Positions 16,554-27,205 of a stretch of 64,000 bases of DNA are shown here, piece after piece; positions within the stretch are counted from its first letter, which is position 1, and the number at the start of each line of letters is the position of its first letter. The position numbers and the translations under genes were made by a program. The notes beneath the pieces were generated by a model. That model saw only the letters and a program-made list of their open reading frames with translations, searched no databases and was not told the DNA's origin. The stretch is from an uncultured virus (IMG/VR IMGVR_UViG_3300025751_003710) (Duplodnaviria; Heunggongvirae; Uroviricota; Caudoviricetes), in the IMG/VR virus record IMGVR_UViG_3300025751_003710. One strand, 5' to 3'.

Positions 16554-17276
16554 ATGCCTTTACCTAAGATTAATACGCCATTGTATGAGATGGAAATTCC
16601 ATCTTCTGGTAAAAAGATTAAGTATAGACCTTTTCTTGTTAGAGAAGAAAAGATTCTAATCATGGCATTAGAATCTGAAGATATGAAACAAATTACCAAT
16701 GCTATTGTACAAATCTTAGGAGATTGTATTAGCACAAGAGGTGTTAAGATAAAAGACTTATCAACTTTTGATATTGAATATATTTTCCTCAATGTTAGAG
16801 CAAAATCTGTTGGTGAATCAGTTGAAGTAAGTGTTATCTGCCCAGATGATGAAGAAACTCAAGTTAAAACATCTATTGATATAGATAGCATTTCAGTTCA
16901 GAGAAATCCTGACCATGAACAGATTATTAGGTTGGATGATGAACTTTCAATGAAGATGAAGTATCCTTCCTTGGATCAGTTTGTTGAGAATAATTTTGAA
17001 TATAATACGGATGATGATAATGTTGACAAATCATTAGACATGATTGTCTCATGTATCGATATGGTATATAATAAAGAAGAGTCTTGGTCTGCAAAAGATT
17101 GTACTAAGAAAGAGTTGAAGGATTTTGTAGATCAAATGAACACCAGGCAGTTGAAAGAGGTTGAAAACTTCTTTATAACTATGCCTAAATTGATGCATAT
17201 TGTTAATGTTACAAATCCGAAAACCAAAGTTGAATCTGAAGTCGTTCTTGAGGGCCTTGCAAGTTTTTTCACCTGA
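16554..17276 (+). CDS. gp26: Baseplate hub assembly protein gp26
   Basis: MPLPKI.TP.Y..IPSSGKKIKYRPFLVREEKIL, FDIEYIFLNVRAKSVGE, LEGLASFF. Confidence 0.9.
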   Translation: MPLPKINTPLYEMEIPSSGKKIKYRPFLVREEKILIMALESEDMKQITNAIVQILGDCISTRGVKIKDLSTFDIEYIFLNVRAKSVGESVEVSVICPDDEETQVKTSIDIDSISVQRNPDHEQIIRLDDELSMKMKYPSLDQFVENNFEYNTDDDNVDKSLDMIVSCIDMVYNKEESWSAKDCTKKELKDFVDQMNTRQLKEVENFFITMPKLMHIVNVTNPKTKVESEVVLEGLASFFT

Positions 17277-17278
17277 GT

Positions 17279-17455
17279 ATGGCTCATACTAATCTTGAGT
17301 CATATTACCGTGTTAATTTTGCCTTGATGCAGCATCATAAATATAGCTTGACGGAGTTGGAAAATATGATTCCCTTTGAAAGGGAAATCTATGTTTCGCT
17401 TTTACAACAGCATGTTGAAGAAGAAAATCTAAAAGCACAACAAAGTGGAAATTAA
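17279..17455 (+). CDS. gp51: Baseplate hub assembly catalyst gp51 (short form, 58 aa, not in the ORF track)
   Basis: MAHTNLESYYRVNFALMQHHKYSLTELENMIPFEREIYVSLLQQHVEEEN...*. Confidence 0.85.
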   Translation: MAHTNLESYYRVNFALMQHHKYSLTELENMIPFEREIYVSLLQQHVEEENLKAQQSGN

Positions 17456-19973
17456 CCAAATCTATAGAGCACCATCTCTTCCCAAAATTAGTAGAAGAAA
17501 TATAAATTCTTCTTTAAATCGTGGTGCTTTAGGATCTGGTATAAGTCTTAAAAAAAGTAGTTTTAGTTTTAAAAAACTAACACCAAAAATTACACCTAGT
17601 AAATTAGTTTCTGAAAAGAGTGAAAATCAAGAATCACGTGGTATAGTTAAATATATTCAGTCTAATTTAAATATATTTAAAGTTTTAGAAGAATCTAATA
17701 AGTTACTTTCTCAAATTAGAGAGCAGTTAAGTTTAGATTATGATGAAAGGATAAAGGAAAGAAATGAAAATTTAAGACTATCGAAAAAAAGGATAGCAAA
17801 AAATAAAATTAATGAAAAAGAAAAGAGGATAGAAAGTCGGGGTAAATCTTTAATTGGTAGTGCATTAAATACTGTAATAGCACCTGCTAAAAGTATATTC
17901 CAAAGAATTTTAGATTTTCTTTCTATAATAATAACTGGTATAGTACTCAATACTGCCTTTAAATGGTTATCTGAGAAAGAAAACCAAGAAAAATTACAGC
18001 AGTTCTTTAATTTCTTAAAAGATTACTGGAAAGAATTACTAGTAGTTTTTGGTGCAGTAAAATTACTTGGATTAGTTAAAAAATTATACAAAATTGGAAG
18101 AGGTCTTAGATCTCTCTTTGAAAATAGACTTAAAACACCTAGGGTTCAACCACCAAAATTCCCTTTAGAAGATCTTTGTGCAAAGCTTCCAAACTGTATC
18201 AAAGAACCATCTCCAGAACTGTCATCTGCGTTGGAAGCGCAAATGCAGGCAGCAATTAGTAAAACAGATTATAAACCTATTTTTACAGGTATTTTTAATG
18301 GACTTCTGGGTTTGGGAGCTATTGAAATATTAAAACAACTTATAGAGATTAGTAATCCATTAACTGCACTTGCCAAAGCTTCTGAATCTAGTGCTTCGGC
18401 TTCACCACTAAAACCTAAAGAGACGCCACCGATAGAAGAAGTAACAAAATCCGAACCTACACCATTAGAAATAATAAGAAGAAAGGCAATACCAGTAGGA
18501 GTTCAAGAATATGTTAATCCTTTACTTAAAAAATATTACAATGATCGTACTATTTTTGGACAAACAAAAACACAAAGTGTTCAAACTCCAATGGGTCAAT
18601 TGATCGTTGAACCAACATCAAAAAATATATTCACTGGGGATGACACACCCAAATTCAGATTTATAAGCAAAGAAGAACAGGATTATAAAGCTCAACAAAC
18701 TCAGTTGATGTTAGATAATCCGTGGATTAAAACCTTCTTCGGAGCTCAAACTGCATTAGATTATGCAGGTATGATTATGGCTGGAAGACCTGGAAGGGGA
18801 GTGAGACCGAAATCTCCTTTTACAAGTCTTAGATCTGCCAACCTAAGCAAATTTAAAGTTGCTGTTAGAAATCGTTTAGGGCAATTAAAACTTAAACTAC
18901 CAGATCGTCAGGCAGATAGAGTAGTCATAGCAGCTGAAAAAGAAGTACAATCTCCAGCATTTCATAGAGCTCTCTTACAACAAAGAGCAAAAGAAGGTAG
19001 ATTGGTAGTAGATGAAAATGTTGTTCTTGATGAGGTATTAAAACGTCTCATACAGAGAGAATTATCTGGAACATCTGGTGGAAATCTTTTTGTTGGAGCA
19101 CCTAAAGAAGTCAGACAACAGTTAGAGAGAATATATGCAAATAGTCCATCTGAAAAAGTAAATGTTCAACCAGAAACCCAATTTAGAAGTATGGGTGGAA
19201 CAGTATTTGGTTCAGGATCTCAAACAGTTGATAGTGTTCCTGCAATGCTTGCTCCTGGAGAAGAAGTTATTCGTTCATCAGCAGCAAATCCTTTCCGCCC
19301 ACTTTTAAAGGATATTAATGATAATGCTGGAAGATTGTGGAAACAATTTACTGAAGCAACTATCAACCAAGAAAAAATTAATGCAGTAACTAGAAGATCA
19401 AACAGGGTATTTAAAGATTTAATTACTGAATTTACTGAATTGTTTGATGAAGAGAAGCGAGAAATTTCTAAGAAAAATAGAAAGGAAAGAGCAAAAACAA
19501 ATCCACCAAGTGGTGATCCACCAAGTGGTGGTGGATCACCAGGATTAAAATCTAAAATTACTAGACCGAAAAGATCTAGACCTAAAAAAATGTCTGGACC
19601 AAGTATTCCAGCACCAAAATTTGTAAGTCAAAATAAACAATCACCATCAAGATCTCATTTTTCATCAGTTAATAATAGTATAAGACAACCCGTAACTAAT
19701 AATATTGCTAAACCAGTAACAAATGTAAAAAATATTGTACAATCTCCTACAAGTACAACTGTCGTTCCATTTGTTATTGAAAAAGAAACTGGTTCTCCAT
19801 CTGTTAATGTTGTTAATCTTGCGCCCAAGGTTTTAGATCTTTCTAAAAAATCTACACCAAAACCAAGGACTACACAATCAGATGCTACATCTCCAATTCC
19901 TTCTATATCACCATTTGATTCTAATAATGACTTTAATTATACAGTCCCAGAAACTTTAGGTATCTTGGTGTAA
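17445..19973 (+). CDS. Tape-measure/hub-like virion protein
   Basis: Coiled-coil then hydrophobic segments; GGTVFG...DSVPAMLAPGEEVI motif seen in tape measure proteins; follows gp26/gp51. Confidence 0.55.
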   Translation: MEINQIYRAPSLPKISRRNINSSLNRGALGSGISLKKSSFSFKKLTPKITPSKLVSEKSENQESRGIVKYIQSNLNIFKVLEESNKLLSQIREQLSLDYDERIKERNENLRLSKKRIAKNKINEKEKRIESRGKSLIGSALNTVIAPAKSIFQRILDFLSIIITGIVLNTAFKWLSEKENQEKLQQFFNFLKDYWKELLVVFGAVKLLGLVKKLYKIGRGLRSLFENRLKTPRVQPPKFPLEDLCAKLPNCIKEPSPELSSALEAQMQAAISKTDYKPIFTGIFNGLLGLGAIEILKQLIEISNPLTALAKASESSASASPLKPKETPPIEEVTKSEPTPLEIIRRKAIPVGVQEYVNPLLKKYYNDRTIFGQTKTQSVQTPMGQLIVEPTSKNIFTGDDTPKFRFISKEEQDYKAQQTQLMLDNPWIKTFFGAQTALDYAGMIMAGRPGRGVRPKSPFTSLRSANLSKFKVAVRNRLGQLKLKLPDRQADRVVIAAEKEVQSPAFHRALLQQRAKEGRLVVDENVVLDEVLKRLIQRELSGTSGGNLFVGAPKEVRQQLERIYANSPSEKVNVQPETQFRSMGGTVFGSGSQTVDSVPAMLAPGEEVIRSSAANPFRPLLKDINDNAGRLWKQFTEATINQEKINAVTRRSNRVFKDLITEFTELFDEEKREISKKNRKERAKTNPPSGDPPSGGGSPGLKSKITRPKRSRPKKMSGPSIPAPKFVSQNKQSPSRSHFSSVNNSIRQPVTNNIAKPVTNVKNIVQSPTSTTVVPFVIEKETGSPSVNVVNLAPKVLDLSKKSTPKPRTTQSDATSPIPSISPFDSNNDFNYTVPETLGILV

Positions 19974-19974
19974 T

Positions 19975-22665
19975 ATGGAAAGTACAAAGAGCGTAAAAAA
20001 ATTAAAATTTAATATTCTTAATATAAATTCTTTGATTTTTTCAAAAAGAAAAAAAATATCGAAAATAAAAAAGGATGAAAAAAGATTTAATTTTATTCTT
20101 TTAGGTAAATCAAAACGTAAGAAAAAGGAAAACAAAATAGAAGCGGGAGCACAAAAGTCTGCATTGACTAATATTGCTACAAGATTGGTAGCAAAACCAA
20201 AGAGTATGATTGATAAGTTCAAAGAAGTTTTTGGTGTTATTATACTTGGTGTTTTAGTAAATAATTTACCAACCCTTTTAAGGGGGTTACAGACTGCATT
20301 TACTACAATAAAGAAATTTTTTGAAGATAATCCTTGGTTAGGTCCAGCTATTGCAACAATATTTGATATTGTTGTAAAAGGAATGAAAGGAATACTTGAT
20401 TTAACAAAAGTTTTATTACCAATAATCGGTGGATCATTCCAAGCAGGACTTGATACGATTAGAGAAGCTGGAAAACTTATTAATGAAACTGATAAGATGT
20501 TAAAAGGATTAGATTTTGATATCTTTAATTTAATTAAAAATCCTGATGAAGATGATAAGATTAAACAAGAATTGGCAGAGATAGAAGGAAAGTATTATTC
20601 AAGCACGACTAAGAAAGTATATGGTAGTTATTCTGAAGCACTTAAAGATCCTGCAGTAAAAGCTGTTGCTATTAAACCAGTAAAGGTAAAAGCACAACAA
20701 AAAATAAAAGCATCGGCTCCTGGTTACGATTCAAACACTGGAACTGTCTTCCTAAAAGATAAGAGTAAAGTAATCATGGCTCCTTTTCAGGGGAAAATGG
20801 GAGTTATGTCTCCTGGAGATAAGACTGGTACTGCAACCACAGCACCAGAATCTTGGCAGGGAATTGGTGAAGAGAAAGTATGGGATGCAAACGTAGAAAG
20901 ATATGAATCTCAGCGTGCATACAATGATATACAAAAACTTTCAACTGGAGGAACAGTTACTGGTCAGAAAATGACAGTTTCTGGTGGATTAACTGGGAAA
21001 GCTAAAAGGGCAATCACATCTGTAAATTATTTTTCAAAATTAAAAACAAATACTGAAGAATCTAGTAATATATCGAAAGAATATGAAGAAAATAATTCAT
21101 TATTTAAGACTTTCATGCAGTCTTACAAATCTTTATTGAAACTAAAATATCCTAGAGAGAAAAGACCAGTAGGACGTTTACCATCCGATTACAAAGCGAC
21201 TGAGCAACAGGCGTTTAAAGAGGAGGAATTGTGGAATAGAAAGAGGACTATTATTAGTCAAGATGCAACCGATGAACCTGGATATGAGATTACAGGTCCC
21301 AATCCTAATATGATTGCATTATTTGATGGTAAAGTTATACCACGTGGAATTGCTAATGATCCAGCAGACCCTGGATGGGACAAAGATCCTAGTAAAAAAC
21401 GTGGATACGGAAATCATGTAATTATACGAAGTGAAGATCCAAATAATCCAGGAACTTATTTTGATGCACTATATGCCCATTTTCCTACAGGAGAACTGAA
21501 AGTTAAAGATGGGGATACTATTACTGCGGGACAAGTTTTAGGTAGAAAAGCAACAAGACAAGAATATCTAGATAAACCAAGAGAAGTTGGTAGTGGGACT
21601 GGACCACACCAGAGCGTTGATTTTTTCAAGGAAGGTGGACCTTATACTACTAAAGCAGGTGCATATCCTGGTTGGGCACGATTAAGACCATTAATAACAA
21701 CTCAATTATTAGGTGGAGGTGGTCCTGGTCCTAATCAATTGAAACAAGGTGATATTATTGCTACTAATGCAAAAACATCTTATTATGATCCATCTTTGGG
21801 TGGAATTAATGCAAGTGGATATAAAACACCAGATGGATTACCAGCAACTTCTTCTGGTGAAGGTTATCGACCAGAATTATTTACTGCTGCAGCATTCCCA
21901 GAATTTTTGGCAAAACTTCCAAAATCTATGACTTATAGAGCAGATCCCAGATATATGCCTGGTGGTAGAACTTTATCTAGGGGTCAGGCTTTCAATGTTA
22001 TCGTGACAAATACTAGAACAAATAAAACTGCAGTTGTACGTGTAAATGATGCAGGTTCTGGAGTACCAGGACACTCTAAAAATCATATGTTAGATTTTAG
22101 TGTTGCCACAAAAGATTATCTTGGAACTGGTGATGGCAATTACACTATTAAAATGGGATCACCAACGATGAAACCAGGTCCATATAAATTAGAACCACCA
22201 AAACCAAAAACCAATTTACAGATAAGTGAAAATATCAAAAAAATGATATTAAGTATTGGAAAGGGTAATAATATGATATTTGGACAAGAAAATATAAATG
22301 TTGAAATAGATAGTAGTGGTAAACTCATAATCAAAGATACTAGAGGTGCATTTGGAACTGGATTATTTCCAACTGAATATGAAACCACCAATGAAAAAAA
22401 TAAAAAACTTTTGTTAAAAATTGAAAAATTGTTGGAACAGAGAATAAAAAACAATCAACAGATAAGACCACAGCAAGGAATATCACCAGCTACTCCTGGA
22501 TATGGTGGTGGTGATTCTGCATCAATAACTATATTGAAAGAAACAACCGTAGCTGTGGTTTCTGGTCCAACTGAAATTGTTGAAGTTCCTGTACAACAAG
22601 TTGTTCCATTTGTTATCACACCAAAGTCAGGATCTGGATTACGTAATAGATCCCTAATCTCTTAA
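19975..22665 (+). CDS. Virion protein with a degenerate M23 peptidase-like domain and an RlpA/DPBB-like domain
   Basis: GYGNHVII..YAH..VK.GD....GQVLG..TGPH (M23-like); TSYYDP..TAAA..VTN..NKTAVVRVNDAG..MLDFS (RlpA-like). Confidence 0.6.
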   Translation: MESTKSVKKLKFNILNINSLIFSKRKKISKIKKDEKRFNFILLGKSKRKKKENKIEAGAQKSALTNIATRLVAKPKSMIDKFKEVFGVIILGVLVNNLPTLLRGLQTAFTTIKKFFEDNPWLGPAIATIFDIVVKGMKGILDLTKVLLPIIGGSFQAGLDTIREAGKLINETDKMLKGLDFDIFNLIKNPDEDDKIKQELAEIEGKYYSSTTKKVYGSYSEALKDPAVKAVAIKPVKVKAQQKIKASAPGYDSNTGTVFLKDKSKVIMAPFQGKMGVMSPGDKTGTATTAPESWQGIGEEKVWDANVERYESQRAYNDIQKLSTGGTVTGQKMTVSGGLTGKAKRAITSVNYFSKLKTNTEESSNISKEYEENNSLFKTFMQSYKSLLKLKYPREKRPVGRLPSDYKATEQQAFKEEELWNRKRTIISQDATDEPGYEITGPNPNMIALFDGKVIPRGIANDPADPGWDKDPSKKRGYGNHVIIRSEDPNNPGTYFDALYAHFPTGELKVKDGDTITAGQVLGRKATRQEYLDKPREVGSGTGPHQSVDFFKEGGPYTTKAGAYPGWARLRPLITTQLLGGGGPGPNQLKQGDIIATNAKTSYYDPSLGGINASGYKTPDGLPATSSGEGYRPELFTAAAFPEFLAKLPKSMTYRADPRYMPGGRTLSRGQAFNVIVTNTRTNKTAVVRVNDAGSGVPGHSKNHMLDFSVATKDYLGTGDGNYTIKMGSPTMKPGPYKLEPPKPKTNLQISENIKKMILSIGKGNNMIFGQENINVEIDSSGKLIIKDTRGAFGTGLFPTEYETTNEKNKKLLLKIEKLLEQRIKNNQQIRPQQGISPATPGYGGGDSASITILKETTVAVVSGPTEIVEVPVQQVVPFVITPKSGSGLRNRSLIS

Positions 22666-22669
22666 AGAC

Positions 22670-23989
22670 ATGCCATATAGTAATTCATCCCACTACAAAC
22701 AAATATTAATTGGAAGACCAAAAGATAATACGGTAGTTCCTATTGAAGCAAAAACATTGGGATTTAAGTATTATGAAAGTATTTTTTCTCCAATACTTAC
22801 AGCATCATTAACATATTATGATGTTGGAGATCTTGTAAGAGCAAGTTCTAATGTTGATGTTCAAACAAGACTTGGAACACTACGAGATAGTTTACCAATT
22901 ATTGGTAAGGGACAAGAATCTGTACAATTTTTTATTGAGAATGAATCTGGATTTTTAGATTTTAGGACAACTCCATTTAGAGTTTCAAATCCAACTCCGA
23001 TTTCTCAAGACAGTCAATCTGAAACTGTTACTTTAAGTTTACTTTCAGAGTCTTCAGTTATAAACGGAACTCACAAAAGTTTTAAGAGTTATCATAATAC
23101 TATTTCTAGTTCTATTGAAAAAATATTAACAGATGAGTTGGGATTTCCAACAGAAAAAGTTTTTATAGATCAAACAAGTAATAGTGATTCTTTTCGTATG
23201 AATGGTAACAGACCATTTGATATTATTACTTCCATGGCGAAAAAATCTGTCTCTAGTACGGGTGGACCTGGATATTTTTTCTGGGAGACTCAAGATGGCA
23301 TGAACTACAAATCAATTGATAGTATCATTCAATCAGATCCTGTTGCAACTTACACGCACACAGATGTAATGTTCAATACTGATGATAGAAAAAATGATTT
23401 TAAGATATTAAAAGAACCTGTTTATCATAATAATAGTAATGTTTTGAGTAATATGTACTCTGGTATTTCTATGATAAAGGAAGCATCTTTTGATATGAGT
23501 ACTTTTGGATATGTTGAAAAACAAGTACCATTAGCATCTTATGGACATAGTACTCTTGGAAATAATATAGATTTTCAAGCTTTATATGATGATGAAGATA
23601 AAACTAATGTTAATTTTTCAAGAACTGTGTTTTCACTTGCAGATTCTGGATTCACTAATCCTGGAATAAGTTCATCTATTGTGAATGATAAAAAATTCTA
23701 CCTATCAAGATCAATACAGAGATATAATTTATTAATGTCACACGTGATTGATATAATAGTTCCATGTAATTTAGCATTACATGCTGGTGATGTTATAAAT
23801 TGTATTTTTCAGAAAATTTCTTTTGATAGTAAACATAAAGGTACCAAAAGTGAATTAAATAGTGGTAAATATATTATAACTCATTTATGCCATGATTTTA
23901 GCCCTAGATCTTCATATACTTCTTTAAGAATAGTTCGGGACACACCTGGAATATATACAAATACGGAGACAACTTCTAATGTCATTTAA
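22670..23989 (+). CDS. Baseplate hub-like (gp27-type) tail protein
   Basis: YYESIFSP..TA, RPFD, YFFWETQDG..YKSID, VP.N..L.AGDVI, SGKYII..L.H motifs; upstream of gp5. Confidence 0.55.
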   Translation: MPYSNSSHYKQILIGRPKDNTVVPIEAKTLGFKYYESIFSPILTASLTYYDVGDLVRASSNVDVQTRLGTLRDSLPIIGKGQESVQFFIENESGFLDFRTTPFRVSNPTPISQDSQSETVTLSLLSESSVINGTHKSFKSYHNTISSSIEKILTDELGFPTEKVFIDQTSNSDSFRMNGNRPFDIITSMAKKSVSSTGGPGYFFWETQDGMNYKSIDSIIQSDPVATYTHTDVMFNTDDRKNDFKILKEPVYHNNSNVLSNMYSGISMIKEASFDMSTFGYVEKQVPLASYGHSTLGNNIDFQALYDDEDKTNVNFSRTVFSLADSGFTNPGISSSIVNDKKFYLSRSIQRYNLLMSHVIDIIVPCNLALHAGDVINCIFQKISFDSKHKGTKSELNSGKYIITHLCHDFSPRSSYTSLRIVRDTPGIYTNTETTSNVI

Positions 23990-24485
23990 TCCAGATTTTG
24001 TTGGAAAAGCACCATTAAAATGGTTCATAGGTCAAGTTCCCTTGGGACAAACAATTAATATTGAAAATCCTAAAGGGTGGGGTGATCGTGTTAAAGTTAG
24101 GATATTGGGTTATCACCCATCATTAGGTTCTGAACTTTCTGATGATGGGTTGGAATGGGCAGTGATCATGAGATCAACTAGTCATGGATCTCTAAATAGA
24201 AAGAGTGTTGGAATAACTGGTGGTGAATGGGTTGTCGGAGTATTTTTAAATACTGATCCAGAAAAACTATTACCTTTGATAGTAGGAGTTTTGGGGAGAA
24301 GTGATCCATCATACGAAATAACTGAAAGTGATCAAACATCGAAAAAAAGTGCAGAATTTAAAAAGACTAAAAATTGGTATAAAAGTGTGCAACCAGCTCT
24401 GTATCATATGATTAGTGGAAAAAAACCTGGTGAAAAAAGAGAGCAAACACCATTTCGTACAAGTAGGAGTTTTTTTAGAAAATAA
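23979..24485 (+). CDS. gp5: gp5 N-terminal OB-fold domain as a stand-alone gene
   Basis: WFIGQV, RVKVRILGYH...L.WA, GEWVVGVFL...P.I.G. Confidence 0.75.
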   Translation: MSFNPDFVGKAPLKWFIGQVPLGQTINIENPKGWGDRVKVRILGYHPSLGSELSDDGLEWAVIMRSTSHGSLNRKSVGITGGEWVVGVFLNTDPEKLLPLIVGVLGRSDPSYEITESDQTSKKSAEFKKTKNWYKSVQPALYHMISGKKPGEKREQTPFRTSRSFFRK

Positions 24486-27205
24486 TGGCAAAAAGTAGAA
24501 TACCAACAGATTATCTTAATAATGATTTAACAGGTAATTCTGTAAAAATTCCTAATAATGAAAAAATCAATATAATACAAGAAAATGGGTACTTTGATCC
24601 GAGTAAATTACCTGTATGTAGAACTTTAGCTCTTGATTCATATAGAGAGTTATGTGAGCTTCCACATGTTAAAGCTGCTCCATGTGGAAAAAATAATGCA
24701 GCAAATATATATGTTTCACTAAAAAAGTTTTTTATTTTTCTTAGAGGGTTGAAGAAATATGGAGATAAGTATATTAATGGAACTATAAAGGCAGTATCTA
24801 ATTTACAAAGCGAAATAAGAGCAACAATATCAGAAATAGTTGGAGTTCTTAAGGGCATTACTCAAAGATCTAGAGAATGGGTTCTTAGAAAGATCAAGTC
24901 TGGTATTGATTATTTAATTTACTTAACAAATCCTCCACAAACCAAAGAAACGACCAAGTCAAAACTGGCAATTACACTTGATAAAGTATTTTGTAAATTT
25001 GATGATATTATTGATGGATTATTTAATTTAGTTGGAGATTTTTTATATTCATTTATAGGAAAAGTTATAAACGTTCCTTTTTGTTCTGTTGAAAATTATG
25101 TTAATGCAATATTAAATAAACTTCTTAATGATATCGATAGAGCAATGAAACCTTTTTTTGATTCAATCAATAAGGAACTTGCTCCAGTATCAAGAGTTAT
25201 GGGGTCTGTTTATCAGGCGATTAATTTTATATTGGGATTTGAAGGATTTTTATGTGAACAACCAGAGTGTAATGAAGAATTAAAAGAATTTGCAGCTGGA
25301 CCATTTGGTGGACCACAAAATACTAAAACTGATAATTGGTATAACTTTAGTTTTAGTGAAGGTATCTCTAAATCTGTTAATGGGTGGATGGATGACTTCT
25401 TTGGAGAAGGTGATCCAGAAAATCAGGGTGGATATGTTTCTCCAGGTGGTTGTTATAGTGGTTCTTTTGAATGTGGTGTTCAGGTTGAATTTTTTGGTGG
25501 AGGTGGAGCACAAGCTGTAGGTGGAGCTGTTGTTAATGCCATTGGAGAAATTGTTGGTGTTAATATGTTCTATCCAGGAAATGAATATGAATCAACTCCA
25601 TTTATGTCCTTTGTAGATCCTGGTGGATGTGGTGTTGGTGGAAATGGATATCCAATTTTGGAAGGTGGTGAAGTAACTGATGTTGTAATTACAAATCCAG
25701 GAATTGGATATACTAATCAAATTAGACCTCAACCAGTAATTAGAAGTTTAGAATCTGTTCCAAGAGATGTTGAAGTTAATAATACAGTAACTATTAGATG
25801 GGAAACATCAAATGCGGATAAAGTAAGATTAAATGTTCAAGGTCTTGGAGATTTACCTGCTAATGGAAGTCGTACAATAAACATATCAGAAGATGATGTT
25901 AATTTTCCTGCTGGTTCCAATGAAACTGAAAAAATATATCAACTTACAGCGATAAAAACTTTTTCTGATCATCCACAGAATGAAACTAAAAATGATATCT
26001 CAGTTAGGGTATTTAAAAATGATGTTCCAGGAGATCCTGGAGATCCTATCAATACAGATCCACCGTCAATAGACTCATTTGCGGCAGAACCAGAAGATTC
26101 TGTTGTAGGAAACACAGTTAAGTTTATTTGGAGTACTAGTAATGCAACTCAAGTTTCTTTAGGTAGTTATAATCAACAGTCTGATACATCTGAAACAATA
26201 TACAGTGGATTAGTTCCTAATGGATCAGCATCTTTAGTTATTCCACTTGATACCGAATTTGCTGAAGGTGAAACAACCAAAGAATTGTATTATATTCTTA
26301 CCGCATTAAATACAAAAGCTTTATCTATTGAAAATACTGCTGTTGAAGTAATTCAAATTATCGTATCAAAATTAGAAGATCCTACAGTTCCCGAGGATCC
26401 TACAGATCCACCAGATCCCCCAGGTTCCGATGATCCTGAGGATGTAACTGGTGTACCAGGTACCGATCCAGACCCAGATCCAGACCCCGATCCAGATCCA
26501 GACCCCGATCCAGACCCCGATCCAGATCCAGACCCCGATCCAGATGTTGAAGATCCTACTGGTGATCCAGACCCAGATCCAAATCCAGACCCAAATCCAG
26601 ACCCAGATCCAGATAATGATCCAACTGGTGATCCAAATAATCCAATTCCATCTGGTGGTGGTGGAAGTAATGAAGTACCAACTGGTAGTACAACCAGTAC
26701 TTCACCTACAGGTGGCGGTGGAACGGGTGAACCATCTGGTGGTGATGATGATGGTGAAACTGATTCCAATCAAGACGGAGATGGTAGAGATCAGAATATA
26801 ATAAATCTACCAGGATTAATTGCATCGATTGATGATGATCCTGATGAAGATCAAGTTCCTGAAGATTCGTCACAAGTAGTTTCTGAAATCAGTAGAATTA
26901 TAATTGTTAGCACTGGAACTGGATATGATGAAGAAGATACCGTTGAAGTAGATGGAGATCTTGAAGATCAACCAGAGTTTGAACTTGAAGTTTCTCCAGA
27001 TGGTGAAATAGTTGATATTAGAATTGTATCATCACCAAGAGGATACACAGTTCTCCCAGATATTACAATAAATAGTAGAAATGGAGTAGGAGCTAAGTTT
27101 AGAACAGTGCTTAAATTCACACCCATTTCTGCTCTTGAACAGGAAGAATTGGATGCTATTGGTACAGATAAATTGTTAACCGTAATTGATTGTATTTCAA
27201 GATGA
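24485..27205 (+). CDS. gp5-associated baseplate hub protein with a Pro-Asp repeat
   Basis: Cys-containing helical N-terminus, GGGGAQA/V.I.NPG.GY modules, two Ig-like W.TSNA..V repeats, PD repeat, ends VIDCISR. Confidence 0.6.
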   Translation: MAKSRIPTDYLNNDLTGNSVKIPNNEKINIIQENGYFDPSKLPVCRTLALDSYRELCELPHVKAAPCGKNNAANIYVSLKKFFIFLRGLKKYGDKYINGTIKAVSNLQSEIRATISEIVGVLKGITQRSREWVLRKIKSGIDYLIYLTNPPQTKETTKSKLAITLDKVFCKFDDIIDGLFNLVGDFLYSFIGKVINVPFCSVENYVNAILNKLLNDIDRAMKPFFDSINKELAPVSRVMGSVYQAINFILGFEGFLCEQPECNEELKEFAAGPFGGPQNTKTDNWYNFSFSEGISKSVNGWMDDFFGEGDPENQGGYVSPGGCYSGSFECGVQVEFFGGGGAQAVGGAVVNAIGEIVGVNMFYPGNEYESTPFMSFVDPGGCGVGGNGYPILEGGEVTDVVITNPGIGYTNQIRPQPVIRSLESVPRDVEVNNTVTIRWETSNADKVRLNVQGLGDLPANGSRTINISEDDVNFPAGSNETEKIYQLTAIKTFSDHPQNETKNDISVRVFKNDVPGDPGDPINTDPPSIDSFAAEPEDSVVGNTVKFIWSTSNATQVSLGSYNQQSDTSETIYSGLVPNGSASLVIPLDTEFAEGETTKELYYILTALNTKALSIENTAVEVIQIIVSKLEDPTVPEDPTDPPDPPGSDDPEDVTGVPGTDPDPDPDPDPDPDPDPDPDPDPDPDPDVEDPTGDPDPDPNPDPNPDPDPDNDPTGDPNNPIPSGGGGSNEVPTGSTTSTSPTGGGGTGEPSGGDDDGETDSNQDGDGRDQNIINLPGLIASIDDDPDEDQVPEDSSQVVSEISRIIIVSTGTGYDEEDTVEVDGDLEDQPEFELEVSPDGEIVDIRIVSSPRGYTVLPDITINSRNGVGAKFRTVLKFTPISALEQEELDAIGTDKLLTVIDCISR
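26463..26610 (+). repeat. (Asp-Pro)n / DPNP coding microsatellite-like repeat
   Basis: GATCCA/GACCCA/GACCCC hexamer array encoding DPDPDP... Confidence 0.9.

Noticed and set aside
24470..24487. Slippery T TTT TTT that might fuse the gp5 OB-fold gene to the next ORF
   Set aside because: The -1 frame hits TAG (24476-24478) immediately, and changing the homopolymer length does not restore a fusion.
26353..26801. Alternative-frame (SG)n and (IQTQ)n ORFs, or a CRISPR-like array
   Set aside because: By-products of the hexamer repeat encoding Asp-Pro; there are no unique spacers.
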